DNA from: a virus
Lineage: Duplodnaviria; Caudoviricetes
Length of the DNA stretch: 64,000 bases
Strand: one strand, 5' to 3'
IMG/VR virus record: IMGVR_UViG_3300005330_000014
Span: 96,001 to 160,000 of that record
Shown: piece after piece, positions 18,903-28,965 of the stretch
Numbering within the stretch: position 1 is the stretch's first letter
How the letters are laid out: every line of letters begins with the position of its first letter
The notes under the pieces: generated by a model
What the model was told of the DNA's origin: nothing
What the model saw: the letters and a program-made list of their open reading frames with translations, nothing else
Databases searched by the model: none
Made by a program: the position numbers and the translations under genes

Positions 18903-19520
18903 TTATTGGACAGTTTCTGTATCTACAGCAGTTTCAGGCGGCTTAATTAGCCATTTAGTTAAAGATAAAGTGTCGGTGGGTTTCTTTTTGAAATAATTAA
19001 CAAAACCTCCAGCCTCCCATCCGCCCACGCCTAACGATTTAACTGTTTGCACAGTATAACCATCCATAAAATGTAGGATTGCCGGAATTACTTGCCGCGC
19101 CAAATCATACGCCTCCAAAGCCGCTACAAAGTTATCATTTGCATTGGCATAATAAACAGCCGCCGCGCGGAGGAATAAAGTAAACATACCCCGACGAACG
19201 GCACTACTCGCCCAAAATGGGGAAATTTCCAAAATAATACAATTTACAACATTCGTATTATAAATAACAATTCTTTCCTCTTCAGGAATATTTAATTTAA
19301 TTTCGCGGTTTCTGAAAAACTTATCGATTTTTTCGATATCAATCCCAGTTTTATTAAATCCAACAAATCTGGTATTTTTATTGAAAGAATAACCAAAACT
19401 TTCCCGGCAAGTAAAACATGCTCCGCCCTGATTTGTTTTAATAGAATAAGTAAAGAAAGCTCCTTGATTATAACCGTATGGAGCCACTGATTTTAAATGT
19501 AACGTTTCTTTGGAAATCAT
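18903..19520 (-). CDS. uncharacterised paralog family member (CRExF family)
   Basis: TCRESF, ISPFW, MFTLFLRAA, FMDGYT. Confidence 0.75.
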   Translation of the reverse strand: MISKETLHLKSVAPYGYNQGAFFTYSIKTNQGGACFTCRESFGYSFNKNTRFVGFNKTGIDIEKIDKFFRNREIKLNIPEEERIVIYNTNVVNCIILEISPFWASSAVRRGMFTLFLRAAAVYYANANDNFVAALEAYDLARQVIPAILHFMDGYTVQTVKSLGVGGWEAGGFVNYFKKKPTDTLSLTKWLIKPPETAVDTETVQ

Positions 19521-19589
19521 AAAATTATAAAAACTATAACGATTAACTACTTTGTTTAATTATTTTTATTTATTTAATCTTAACTATAA

Positions 19590-20255
19590 TTATTGATCAG
19601 TCGTTTTGCTTAAAAAAGCAGAGAAAATCTCCGGTAATCTATCACGGTTAGCACAATTAATTATTACATTACTAAATCTAGAAACAAACCTTGCTCCAGT
19701 TATCCCCATAGTATTTGGATCAAACGCCATTTTAGTAGGATGGATATTACCTTCCAAAAAGAACATGATTGCCGGGACTACTTGGGCGGCTAACGGATAA
19801 GCTTGTAACGCTTCCTCAAAATTTCCGCCGTGAGCCGTTTTTGGGTAGAAAATCGCCGCGCATCTCAAAAATAACGTAAATATTGCTTGAGTAATTATAT
19901 TCTGCATCCAGAACGGATCAATCTCCAAAACAATAAAATTAGGAATATCTGTTTTATAAATAACAATTTCTTGTATTTCAATTCCCGCTTTTCTCAATTT
20001 CGCCTCGCGGCGCATAAAAAACTGATTAACCTTTTTAATTCCTTCTTCTCCTAAATTTTTACTGTGCCATGCAATTCGTTTGATTTCTGGCTTTAAAAAT
20101 GAAGCAAAATTCTCGCGACAAGTGCATAAATGAATAATTCGACTATTATCATCCAGCATCATAAAATACCCGCCACTATAAGTATCTCCTTCCCGATTGA
20201 AGGTTTGGGCATAGTAACCATCATTAACTACTGGAATTACTTGGTCAGTTATCAT
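19590..20255 (-). CDS. uncharacterised paralog family member (CRExF family)
   Basis: TCRENF, IDPFW, IFTLFLRCA, FLEG; clear tandem paralog of 18903..19520. Confidence 0.75.
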   Translation of the reverse strand: MITDQVIPVVNDGYYAQTFNREGDTYSGGYFMMLDDNSRIIHLCTCRENFASFLKPEIKRIAWHSKNLGEEGIKKVNQFFMRREAKLRKAGIEIQEIVIYKTDIPNFIVLEIDPFWMQNIITQAIFTLFLRCAAIFYPKTAHGGNFEEALQAYPLAAQVVPAIMFFLEGNIHPTKMAFDPNTMGITGARFVSRFSNVIINCANRDRLPEIFSAFLSKTTDQ

Positions 20256-20448
20256 AATTCAATTTTAATTTAATGTTTGAGTATTTTTATTTTCTTGTTC
20301 TTAAGTTCTATGTTTCTACAACGTCTATAAATCTTATCAAGTCTTATAATTTCTGTACATGCAATGGTCGGTTTTCCATAATAAGGCCGCGCGATGAATC
20401 TGTCAAGAACTTTTTTCAAAAAGTTTTACTCTAGAAAATCGGGCGGAT

Positions 20449-20925
20449 TTACTTTAATTTGTCCACGCGGATTAATTCGGGATTTTCAAAAATATTCCCG
20501 ACAATCTCTAATCCCATATATTCAACTACCTCTTTCAATATTTCTTTAATTGATTGTTCGGGGTAAATCCCTGTTGCGTCATGTATTTTTTGTTTATAAC
20601 CAATAGCCGCGCGGCCAAGCATCAAACCAAATCCGCAAAAATACTTTTCTCCAGCTCCAAACTCACAACTTACATCGTCAAATTGAACAGGTGTTTTACC
20701 ATTTAAACCAACACCACATTCAGCATTACATTTAAGTAAATCGCCCTCATAAATCTCTTTATTGTTTTTATCTAGTAATCCAGTGAATTGTTGAATTACG
20801 AATTCTTCGTGTTGCTGACCGTTTGTGGTTAGTTGATATAACTCTTGGAAATCCGCAGGAAAGTACATTAACGAATTACCTTCATAATTATCAAAACACC
20901 AAACTCTAAATTTAATTGTTTTCAT
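20449..20925 (-). CDS. YopX family protein
   Basis: IKFRVW, QQFTGLLDKNNKEIYEGD, EIVGNIFENPEL. Confidence 0.85.
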   Translation of the reverse strand: MKTIKFRVWCFDNYEGNSLMYFPADFQELYQLTTNGQQHEEFVIQQFTGLLDKNNKEIYEGDLLKCNAECGVGLNGKTPVQFDDVSCEFGAGEKYFCGFGLMLGRAAIGYKQKIHDATGIYPEQSIKEILKEVVEYMGLEIVGNIFENPELIRVDKLK

Positions 20926-20937
20926 AGTATTTAAAGA

Positions 20938-21336
20938 TTAAAGATTTGGATACTTAGTATTACCCGATTTGACGGTATTAAATGAATCTTGAATATAACA
21001 AACTAAGTAAGAGTCATAATCTAATTTATGAAGAGTTGCAAGAGTGTTGAAATAGTAACTGACTAATTTCTCTTTTTTAAAGGCACAAGATTTAAAGTTG
21101 CGCCCGCGAATTGCCGCCGGAATTTCTTTATAATCATTATAAACTAGTAAAGATAAATAAAACTTGTCATGGTCGCTAATACTTAACTTACTAATTTTCC
21201 TTTTATAGTCTAAAAACTTAAGTAATTGTTTTTTAACTCCGTCCCAATTTGCGCCCGAATTAGCTTTTAAAACAATTAAAGCCGCCGGAATCCGGGGACG
21301 TTCCTGATTCTTATTTTCAATTTTTTCAGCTTTCAT
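20938..21336 (-). CDS. hypothetical protein
   Basis: 132-aa ORF. Confidence 0.6.
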   Translation of the reverse strand: MKAEKIENKNQERPRIPAALIVLKANSGANWDGVKKQLLKFLDYKRKISKLSISDHDKFYLSLLVYNDYKEIPAAIRGRNFKSCAFKKEKLVSYYFNTLATLHKLDYDSYLVCYIQDSFNTVKSGNTKYPNL

Positions 21337-22141
21337 ATTTTTCTCTATATTTTTTCAAAAATTCATTAACTAATGCTTCAGGGAATTCCTGACGTTTAGC
21401 CGCCGCGAGCATCTTATCTAAACTATCATAATCATTACCCGGGGATGAACGCCATGATCGTGCGGACTCAATTCTTTTACCTTCCGTTTCGTCTCTTACC
21501 CCGATCCAGCCATGACCATCTTTATTAAAGGATATTTCATAATAAATTCGATTTACAGCTTTTTCTCCGCCCTTATAAGAATAAGGCGACCATCTAGCTA
21601 AAGTGAATTTTCCATTAGGCCACCGGATATTCTTGCCTGCAAGCTCGCATTCAATATTATTAATATCTTCTAATTTAGCCCAAAATCTTAAAGTTTTCTT
21701 ATTTTTACCTTCACCCTTGACCCATTTAAAAGTAACTGAAGAAAAATCGTTCGCGCCCTTTCTAATATATATTCTATCTACTTCTAGTAGTGTTCCAGCG
21801 GGAATTGTAACTGAATAAAATTTGCCACGTTCTTTTGATTCCAGTTCTCTTTGTTGGGCAGCAAATTTCTGATAAGCTTCCCAATTAGAATCTTGAACAG
21901 TTGTTTCATGGATAATTGTACAACCATTGCTAAATGGCTTAGATTTTCTAATCGTTTTGATTTTTGAATAAGCTCCATTATATTTAATTCTAAGTTTATC
22001 GGCTTTTTCTTTATATTGTTTATATCCATCGGGAAGTAATTCGTCCAACAGTGTTTCATTTCTGGACTCTTTATACAAAGGAAACTTCCACGGTTTACTT
22101 AATTGAATTTGAGTAGTTAGTTCGGGGATATAAAGTTTCAT
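21326..22141 (-). CDS. conserved hypothetical phage protein
   Basis: LYIPEL..ESRN..VTIPAGTLLEVDRIYIRKG..RFWAKL pattern; likely start ATG 22141. Confidence 0.7.
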   Translation of the reverse strand: MKLYIPELTTQIQLSKPWKFPLYKESRNETLLDELLPDGYKQYKEKADKLRIKYNGAYSKIKTIRKSKPFSNGCTIIHETTVQDSNWEAYQKFAAQQRELESKERGKFYSVTIPAGTLLEVDRIYIRKGANDFSSVTFKWVKGEGKNKKTLRFWAKLEDINNIECELAGKNIRWPNGKFTLARWSPYSYKGGEKAVNRIYYEISFNKDGHGWIGVRDETEGKRIESARSWRSSPGNDYDSLDKMLAAAKRQEFPEALVNEFLKKYREKYES

Positions 22142-22151
22142 AAGGTTTTTA

Positions 22152-22424
22152 TTATTTTTGTTTATCTTTAAATGCTTGACGCGCTTTGTCATACTCTTCT
22201 TTAGTTGCTAATTCGACAGAATGTTCATGGAAATTACTTTCTACTGCATTACCCTCATAAGAATACCACATACTACCTAAACCAACATATCCTTGGGTTT
22301 TAGGATAACCATTTAATGGTTGAGAGATTTCTCTGATTTGACAAAAATGCACAGGGCAGCATCCATAAGGAATAACTTTAATATAATCCCCGATTTTGAA
22401 TTTGCTTTCTATAGTTTTGTTCAT
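22152..22424 (-). CDS. hypothetical protein
   Basis: KFKIGDYIKV start suggests an SH3/KOW-like fold; likely start ATG 22424. Confidence 0.55.
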   Translation of the reverse strand: MNKTIESKFKIGDYIKVIPYGCCPVHFCQIREISQPLNGYPKTQGYVGLGSMWYSYEGNAVESNFHEHSVELATKEEYDKARQAFKDKQK

Positions 22425-22624
22425 AGGTAATTTAATTCTTGATAGCAAATTAATTAGTTAAACGAAAAGCCGCCGGGTATGGATATGATTGATAAGAGAG
22501 GGTCAACCATATTACCACGGCCCGGCGGATACTGTCAAGATTTATTTTTTAGAATTTTTCGATTTCTTTTTGGGATTTATTTTACTCGATTAAATCAACG
22601 AACTTCACTCATCTATCTTATTTG

Positions 22625-23038
22625 CTAGCGTTTATTTTTAAATTCCTCAAACCATTTGTCTAGCTCAAGGATGCGTGGATAGACATACTCCAATTCAAAA
22701 CTAATCAATTTAGATTTTTTATCTCTAACGTCTTTTCTGATAGTTAAATATTCTAAATCTAAATCCATGCCCGCGAAATTAATATAATTAAGAGTTATAG
22801 GTGCGGCCATTAATAACTTTTGATATTCTAATGTGTTCCAATTTTTGGAATCTTGGTTGTAAGGCTTTAAAGTATTTTCTTGATATTTCTGATGGGCGGC
22901 ATTTTGTTTGCGGGCGTTATCCCAAAGCTCGAATAAATCAATTTCGGCAGCTTCCTTGGATTCGTATTCAAACGGCAGGGTATCCGTAGCTCCCCAAGTA
23001 TATTTATCACCTATTTCATATAAAAGGACTAGTTTCAT
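22625..23038 (-). CDS. hypothetical protein
   Basis: 137-aa ORF. Confidence 0.6.
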   Translation of the reverse strand: MKLVLLYEIGDKYTWGATDTLPFEYESKEAAEIDLFELWDNARKQNAAHQKYQENTLKPYNQDSKNWNTLEYQKLLMAAPITLNYINFAGMDLDLEYLTIRKDVRDKKSKLISFELEYVYPRILELDKWFEEFKNKR

Positions 23039-23068
23039 ATTAATTTTTAATTTGTGACAGAAATTCTA

Positions 23069-23389
23069 TTAATCTTTCAGTTTTTTTATTTTGTCGCTCG
23101 CAAACATATCTGTCAAAGGGTGATTATGTGTTCTATCTGATTTGTCTAAAATAATCATATTATTGTAAACATAATTTCTCATTTGGGCGTATTCTCTATC
23201 TGCGTCTCGATAAAAATATACTAAAGTTTTGCCGGTTGTACGACTCACGCTGGTAGATAAAATCTTAAAACCGCGCTCATTATTGTCCAGTAATAATTGA
23301 TAACTTCTAGGGCCGACTCCGATATCCCGCAAATCTTCTAGAGATAATGAAGGTTTAATCCTAAATTTTAATCCGGGTTTTAGGTTCAT
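23069..23389 (-). CDS. hypothetical protein with HNHPLTDMF motif
   Basis: motif at 23102-23128. Confidence 0.7.
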   Translation of the reverse strand: MNLKPGLKFRIKPSLSLEDLRDIGVGPRSYQLLLDNNERGFKILSTSVSRTTGKTLVYFYRDADREYAQMRNYVYNNMIILDKSDRTHNHPLTDMFASDKIKKLKD

Positions 23390-23397
23390 AAATAGGT

Positions 23398-23703
23398 TTA
23401 TAAAGATTTAGATTTTATGTAACTTAATTCATATCTAGGATGACCCACCGAGTAACGATTAAAACAACTGTAATTTGTGCCCGCATAGAACACAAACTGT
23501 AACCATATAATTTTGCCATTAGTTATTTTTGTAGGCAAGAAAGCAAATCTATAAAATCCCTGCGCGGCTTTATTTTCATCATTTAATCCGGTTTTACGAA
23601 AATGCTCAATTTGTTCACTTAATTTCCGAAAAACAGGAACAGCATTAAAATCAAACAATCGTAAAAACTGCGCGCGGCTTTTAATTTTAGATTGCTTTTT
23701 CAT
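23398..23703 (-). CDS. hypothetical protein
   Basis: 101-aa ORF. Confidence 0.55.
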   Translation of the reverse strand: MKKQSKIKSRAQFLRLFDFNAVPVFRKLSEQIEHFRKTGLNDENKAAQGFYRFAFLPTKITNGKIIWLQFVFYAGTNYSCFNRYSVGHPRYELSYIKSKSL

Positions 23704-23714
23704 ATATTTTAATT

Positions 23715-24449
23715 TTATTTAGCTATTTCAAAGGGTGCTGATTCTTCTATTTTCCAAAGATCGTGAACGGGACAAATTGTAGTAGAAGAATAATTTGACG
23801 AATATAAAAAATTAGTATTTGCCAGTTTCTGATTGAATTCTTCTTTGGTGATATTTCGCGCTCCATTAGCTTTAAATGTAATCATATGAGCAGAAGCCGC
23901 CGACCCAAAATCTTTAGAATAGCCTTGTATTAATTTATGAGCAGTTTGTAAAGCAATAAACTTATCAATTTTTTCTTCTTGTAGTAAGTTAACCTGCAAT
24001 AACTCAAAATAATTTTCGGGGACCAATAGAACGCCGGGCTCATACAAGGCGTGGATTAATTGAATAGTGGAGGTTAGAAGAAGTTTATATTTAAAATATT
24101 TTAACTCAATAGTAAAATAAGCATTATTTTTGTCGAAATGAACAGAGCATGGAAATCCCAATTCTGCGATTTCAGCAATCCACTTACTGATAGATTCTTC
24201 GCTATATGGAATTTTACTTAAGGGATGGCTTATTTCAATTTTTGAAGTTGTAAGATCAATCGGTCTTGATGTAAGAACATAAAAACAAATTTGTCCACTT
24301 GACTTATCCAATATAACTTCACCGTTTTCGTTAAATGTCTTATAAAAGACCGTAGACGTTATATTTTTTAATGACTCTAAAATTAGATAATTATAATTAC
24401 GCGGGGTTTCTACTGGACTAGGGGTTGGAGTGGAAATTGTCATATTCAT
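23715..24449 (-). CDS. hypothetical protein
   Basis: 244-aa ORF within the amidoligase region. Confidence 0.65.
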   Translation of the reverse strand: MNMTISTPTPSPVETPRNYNYLILESLKNITSTVFYKTFNENGEVILDKSSGQICFYVLTSRPIDLTTSKIEISHPLSKIPYSEESISKWIAEIAELGFPCSVHFDKNNAYFTIELKYFKYKLLLTSTIQLIHALYEPGVLLVPENYFELLQVNLLQEEKIDKFIALQTAHKLIQGYSKDFGSAASAHMITFKANGARNITKEEFNQKLANTNFLYSSNYSSTTICPVHDLWKIEESAPFEIAK

Positions 24450-24490
24450 ACCTCTTTTTACCTTATATTTATCTATAATAATTTTTAAGT

Positions 24491-25138
24491 TTAAGTTTCT
24501 TTATATAAATTCAACTTAATTTCGTCTTCTGTTTTGTTTCCAAACTGGGTAAATGGACCAGAATGCATTTCTGATTGTAACGTTCTAACGCTGGCTTCTG
24601 AAAATTTAGTATATCCATCTAAAAATAGTCTCATAAAATTCATCAACTGCGGACCATACTTTGATTTATTCATTGTTTCAAATATATCCCCGCCAACCAC
24701 ATGGTTTCTACCCCATCTTAATAAAATACCAAAAAGGGCACGTTTCATTTTTCCGTCTTCCGAATCTACCCACCACGGAGAAACACGCACCGCACTAATA
24801 GTAGTTCTAGTGGTCAAGTATAGTTTCGTTCGAGGATGAATATCCAAGAGCGTTTCAATTTGATTGATAAAATCAGCTATATTGGCCGTTAGATTCCCGG
24901 CATGAGCATATAATAGGGAATGCATTTTTTCGCCCCAAACGTTGCCGTGCTCTTCTAAACAATGAGCCCACGTATCATATTTATTAGCTAGCGTTTCATC
25001 GCTGCTTTTCCGGCTAGTACATTCACCTTTCAATCTATTAATTTTTGCTAAAGCAATAAATCCATCATTTGCGTCAGAGGTTTCATCGGGATTGACATCG
25101 TATCCCCAATTTTTTACTAATTTTAATTTTGCTGTCAT
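24491..25138 (-). CDS. uncharacterised paralog family member (CRExF family)
   Basis: HCLEEH, VSPWW, LFGILLR, FLDGYT; likely start ATG 25138. Confidence 0.7.
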   Translation of the reverse strand: MTAKLKLVKNWGYDVNPDETSDANDGFIALAKINRLKGECTSRKSSDETLANKYDTWAHCLEEHGNVWGEKMHSLLYAHAGNLTANIADFINQIETLLDIHPRTKLYLTTRTTISAVRVSPWWVDSEDGKMKRALFGILLRWGRNHVVGGDIFETMNKSKYGPQLMNFMRLFLDGYTKFSEASVRTLQSEMHSGPFTQFGNKTEDEIKLNLYKET

Positions 25139-25172
25139 TTTATTCTTATTTAGTTTAGGTTTTAGTTTAAGT

Positions 25173-26117
25173 TTAACTTCCTTCCAATAGATCGATAACC
25201 TTTTGCTTATATTCAAACGTGCCTTTTTCGCAAATAGAAACTTCTATACTTTTTCTAATCATTTTCCCGTCTCCTTCAACCAGACGTTTCATTAGTTCGG
25301 GTCGAAACTGATAACTATCCACGGCGGCATTATAATAATAAGAGGCAATTTTAAAATTGGGTTTAAATAACAAATTATGTAACGCTACGATTCCTCCGCC
25401 GTGCGAAGTAGTAGATAAACCATTGACTGGCATTTCTTCTTTAGTGTAATTATCTTCAATCGGATTCCTAAAGAATGTTTTATAATTATATTTTTTAAAA
25501 AGATTAATCATTCTAAGTAAAGCCGCCGAATATTCTTTATCACAAGATTTATCTACAGGTAAGTCGCCAGATATGACTTTCTTTAGAGTTTCTTGATAAT
25601 TCGTCCCAGCTTGGTGGGCCGGAGACACTCTAATTAGATTTAGATATAAGGCCAACATAGGCAATGCGCGCAGCCACTCGTTAGACCCAACTAAAATAAA
25701 ATATTGATTTTGACTAGTATCTTTTGTCGTGTTTTTGATTAAAAACTCCTGAGAAAGAGGTATCGCCAAGTCTTGTTCAATTTGATTTAAGAAATCTTTG
25801 ATTAAAGATACTAATATATTAATTTCAATATTCTGGTGTTTGTTAGGTATAACAATTAATAGCCTTAAATATTTTGGAATCTTACCGCCGCCCTTAAAAG
25901 CGTCCCAAACATTATCGTTAAAATAATCCTTACACCCTGTAATACCATTATATAATATACGATTATTTTCTGAAAGCCAGCAGAAAGTGATATGTCCTTG
26001 ATCGTAATGGGTAGGAACTTCTATTTTAATTAAACACGGATCAACATCGGAATTGTCTATCTCCGTGATAGGCGCGGCGGCTTCATATTTATATTTAATA
26101 GTTTTAGTTTGTAACAT
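25173..26117 (-). CDS. uncharacterised paralog family member (divergent)
   Basis: GCKDYFND, FLNQIEQDL, SNEW, LYLNLIR. Confidence 0.7.
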   Translation of the reverse strand: MLQTKTIKYKYEAAAPITEIDNSDVDPCLIKIEVPTHYDQGHITFCWLSENNRILYNGITGCKDYFNDNVWDAFKGGGKIPKYLRLLIVIPNKHQNIEINILVSLIKDFLNQIEQDLAIPLSQEFLIKNTTKDTSQNQYFILVGSNEWLRALPMLALYLNLIRVSPAHQAGTNYQETLKKVISGDLPVDKSCDKEYSAALLRMINLFKKYNYKTFFRNPIEDNYTKEEMPVNGLSTTSHGGGIVALHNLLFKPNFKIASYYYNAAVDSYQFRPELMKRLVEGDGKMIRKSIEVSICEKGTFEYKQKVIDLLEGS

Positions 26118-26182
26118 ATTTTACTGATTAAAAAACTTACTTATAAGCTATTATTAATTCTTATTATTTATTGCTTATTTAT

Positions 26183-26902
26183 TTATTTTGTTAGATAGAC
26201 CGAAGGCTTTTCCCTTTTAGGTTTGGAATAAACATAATCCCCAATTTCTCTATCATAACGTCCAGTTTCAGCCCCTTCTCCATTAAAAAATGAAACCCAC
26301 CCGTAAAAATTACGAATATATTGTTTTTTTAATTTTGTATACCCTGATAAAAATAATTCAACCGCCTCTCTAGTCATAGCAAAGTATGGTTCGGCAAATA
26401 AAGCGATATTAATAGGGTCTTTAAGATTACTGTTATATCTAGTCCCGGCACGTAATAAGATTGTCAAAAAATTAAATCTTAATTTGTCATTCCACCATTT
26501 AGAAAGAATAACTAAACAGTACTTTGGGCGCACAGGTTTAAATTGTAACTTCTGGCTACTTGTTAGCTTCAGTTTTTTCTCAATTAGATCAATAAATTTA
26601 ATTAGGCCCGAATAACTATCTCCATGAGAGAAAAGAAATTGGGTTTTAATTACCCCGGAATAATCACTGATAACATCATGAAATGATTCTCTACAAGACT
26701 CGACACAATCAATATTCACACAATTATATTGAGTATACTGATCGGGAACAGATAAAATACCAAAACTACCTTTATAATGTAAATCATCTTCCCCACATTC
26801 GGGATCAACGACAACGATTGGACGATTTTTGTCAAAAACAATTTTGTCGATAATTTTAAATTTAGATTTAGATTGTTTGGATTTTGTAGATTTAGTTTTC
26901 AT
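26183..26902 (-). CDS. uncharacterised paralog family member (CRExF family)
   Basis: SCRESFHD, FIDLIEKKL, LSKWW, FLTILLRA, FLSGYT, GWVSFF. Confidence 0.75.
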   Translation of the reverse strand: MKTKSTKSKQSKSKFKIIDKIVFDKNRPIVVVDPECGEDDLHYKGSFGILSVPDQYTQYNCVNIDCVESCRESFHDVISDYSGVIKTQFLFSHGDSYSGLIKFIDLIEKKLKLTSSQKLQFKPVRPKYCLVILSKWWNDKLRFNFLTILLRAGTRYNSNLKDPINIALFAEPYFAMTREAVELFLSGYTKLKKQYIRNFYGWVSFFNGEGAETGRYDREIGDYVYSKPKREKPSVYLTK

Positions 26903-26925
26903 GACAATTAACAGTAATAGTGAAT

Positions 26926-27240
26926 TTATTTAGGGATAACCAAAGTAAACATTGTTGTTAAGGGGTGATTATGGTCTTTTAAAGTTTTTTGTTTAGTTTT
27001 GGCTGGCTGGACATGTTGCGAAAGTATAGTAATATAATGATTGTCATAATAAAAATCAAGGTATCCGCCGACTCTGCTTATATAATCAATACGGAATACT
27101 TCTCCGCTCTCAAATATTTCTTTTGCTAGCTCTAGATTTAAACCATTGTATTCAGCTAAATTTTCAATGATTTCTTCCGGCAGGCGATTAATGGTAATGA
27201 AATCCCCGCGTTCTAATTTTTGAAATTCAGCTAATTCCAT
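26926..27240 (-). CDS. hypothetical protein with HNHPLTTMF motif
   Basis: motif at 26947-26973. Confidence 0.7.
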   Translation of the reverse strand: MELAEFQKLERGDFITINRLPEEIIENLAEYNGLNLELAKEIFESGEVFRIDYISRVGGYLDFYYDNHYITILSQHVQPAKTKQKTLKDHNHPLTTMFTLVIPK

Positions 27241-27281
27241 ATATCAAATAATAATATTAATAATAAGAAAATATACGGCAA

Positions 27282-27689
27282 TTAACCTTTACACCAGTCG
27301 CCCGAGACAATTTTTTTATTTAAAATATGGGCAGGTAAGTCTCTTTTATTGTAAGAATAGATAGTCGCGGACACTTCTTGGTTTAATTCGGCAGAAAAGA
27401 TAGTAATTTCTTGCTTATTGTATCCCGCGCCCGCCTCCATTGAATCAATCGATTGCAAGGCTATAGGGTCAACTTCATGTAACTCGACTACTACTTGACC
27501 TTCTCCGGCGGCAATACACGGATAAAAACCAAGATTGTATAATTCAAATCCGTCCACTTTTAAGGTTTCAATATATTTTTGACCATTAAATCGTTGGAAG
27601 TTATATGTTTTATCACGGTTATTTGGGTCGCTAGGATTCCCGCGCCTCAAAGTGCCGTAAGACAAAATATAGTTAGTTTGTTTTTTCAT
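27282..27689 (-). CDS. gamma-glutamylcyclotransferase (AIG2/GGACT-like)
   Basis: LSYGTLRRG, LYNLGFYP, VVVELHEV, IDSMEAGAGY. Confidence 0.88.
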   Translation of the reverse strand: MKKQTNYILSYGTLRRGNPSDPNNRDKTYNFQRFNGQKYIETLKVDGFELYNLGFYPCIAAGEGQVVVELHEVDPIALQSIDSMEAGAGYNKQEITIFSAELNQEVSATIYSYNKRDLPAHILNKKIVSGDWCKG

Positions 27690-27697
27690 AAAAATTA

Positions 27698-27964
27698 CTA
27701 TTCAAAATCTCGATTTTCGGTTGATACATAATGCTTCATATATGTTTGGAAATCCGCCCGAGTCACGGCAGCCATATCAAAACAACAATCTTCCATAATT
27801 AAAAAATCTTCTTTGGTGTTATTAGTATAAATTCTGGCTACCGCTTCCTTCTCACTGATTTTTCTATACCACTTTCTATTGTATCGAAAATCGAACCCCT
27901 CGGGGATTGCTCCAATTAGCATTATCTCCGCGTGTTGAAATTTTCTAGTAACAAACGTACCCAT
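27698..27964 (-). CDS. small paralog (FRYxxxWxxK family)
   Basis: GFDFRYNRKWYRKI. Confidence 0.65.
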   Translation of the reverse strand: MGTFVTRKFQHAEIMLIGAIPEGFDFRYNRKWYRKISEKEAVARIYTNNTKEDFLIMEDCCFDMAAVTRADFQTYMKHYVSTENRDFE

Positions 27965-28000
27965 TATTAATTACGAGTTCTTAGTCGTTTATTTTAAGAA

Positions 28001-28207
28001 TTAATCTTTTTCAAGAACCGCTACCCGATGGCGGCAATTAAATTGTGTAATTGGTAAAAATAGCCATTTACAATCAGTATTGCGCCGCGTTTCTTGACAT
28101 AAATTAGTATCTAATTTTTCGTACCATCGACCATTATATCGGAATTCGCTTTTCGGATTAACCAATTCAAGCTGAACGACCATGAAATGTTTGAAACGCG
28201 AGCCCAT
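28001..28207 (-). CDS. small paralog (FRYxxxWxxK family)
   Basis: SEFRYNGRWYEKL. Confidence 0.65.
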   Translation of the reverse strand: MGSRFKHFMVVQLELVNPKSEFRYNGRWYEKLDTNLCQETRRNTDCKWLFLPITQFNCRHRVAVLEKD

Positions 28208-28238
28208 AAGATTTCTTAGATTTTCTTAATGTGCGTCT

Positions 28239-28266
28239 AAGATAGCACTGATTTTAGAAAAGTCAA
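28239..28266 (-). promoter_or_regulatory. sigma70-type promoter
   Basis: TTGACT-16 nt (ending TGC)-TATCTT. Confidence 0.62.
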
Positions 28267-28282
28267 AGTTTGTTTTTTAAAA

Positions 28283-28945
28283 TTAAACTGCTATGATAGC
28301 ACGATCAAAGCAATAATCCGTTAAGCTCCCTTCGATTAGTTTATTTACTAAATTTTGGCAATAAATCACCGCCGGATCATCTAATAACATGCATTCAGGA
28401 TGCGTCTGGATTCCCAACATATTGGTTTTTTTATAATAAACAATTTCTGGCTCAACGGGAGTATCCATTTCTTCCTGATCCCCGCCTTCGTGGTAAGGAG
28501 ATAAATTCTCTGCCCATCCAATAATTTTATAGTCATCAGGTGGTAAATTAAACGGCCATTGTAAATTATGGTGCGTTGAGATTAAATCAAATTCTTGACC
28601 ATCAAAAGTTTTAATATAATGATAAACTGGGTGCCTCATATGTTGCACTAATTTACCGCCAGATAGCACGCTTGCCCCTTGTGAGCTTCGACAAACGCCA
28701 ACAAATGGAATACCCTTTTTAATTACTTGATTAAACAATTCAAATTCATAAATATCCCGAGAAGGATTAGTAGAAACAAAAGGATGTTCTTGTTCTCCAT
28801 AATATTTAGGGGACCAATCTGATCCTCCGGTGCCTAAAACCAATTCCGCTTCATCAATATTATTCGTTAATTCAAAGCCCAATGGAAGAATCCATTTAGC
28901 ATCATGCGCGCCGCCATTAACAACGTATAATTTTCGTTTTTTCAT
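28283..28945 (-). CDS. class I glutamine amidotransferase / peptidase C26
   Basis: GTGGSDW, GVCRSSQ, STHH, QTHPE. Confidence 0.88.
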   Translation of the reverse strand: MKKRKLYVVNGGAHDAKWILPLGFELTNNIDEAELVLGTGGSDWSPKYYGEQEHPFVSTNPSRDIYEFELFNQVIKKGIPFVGVCRSSQGASVLSGGKLVQHMRHPVYHYIKTFDGQEFDLISTHHNLQWPFNLPPDDYKIIGWAENLSPYHEGGDQEEMDTPVEPEIVYYKKTNMLGIQTHPECMLLDDPAVIYCQNLVNKLIEGSLTDYCFDRAIIAV

Positions 28946-28965
28946 ATTCTTTATAAAGTTATTTA

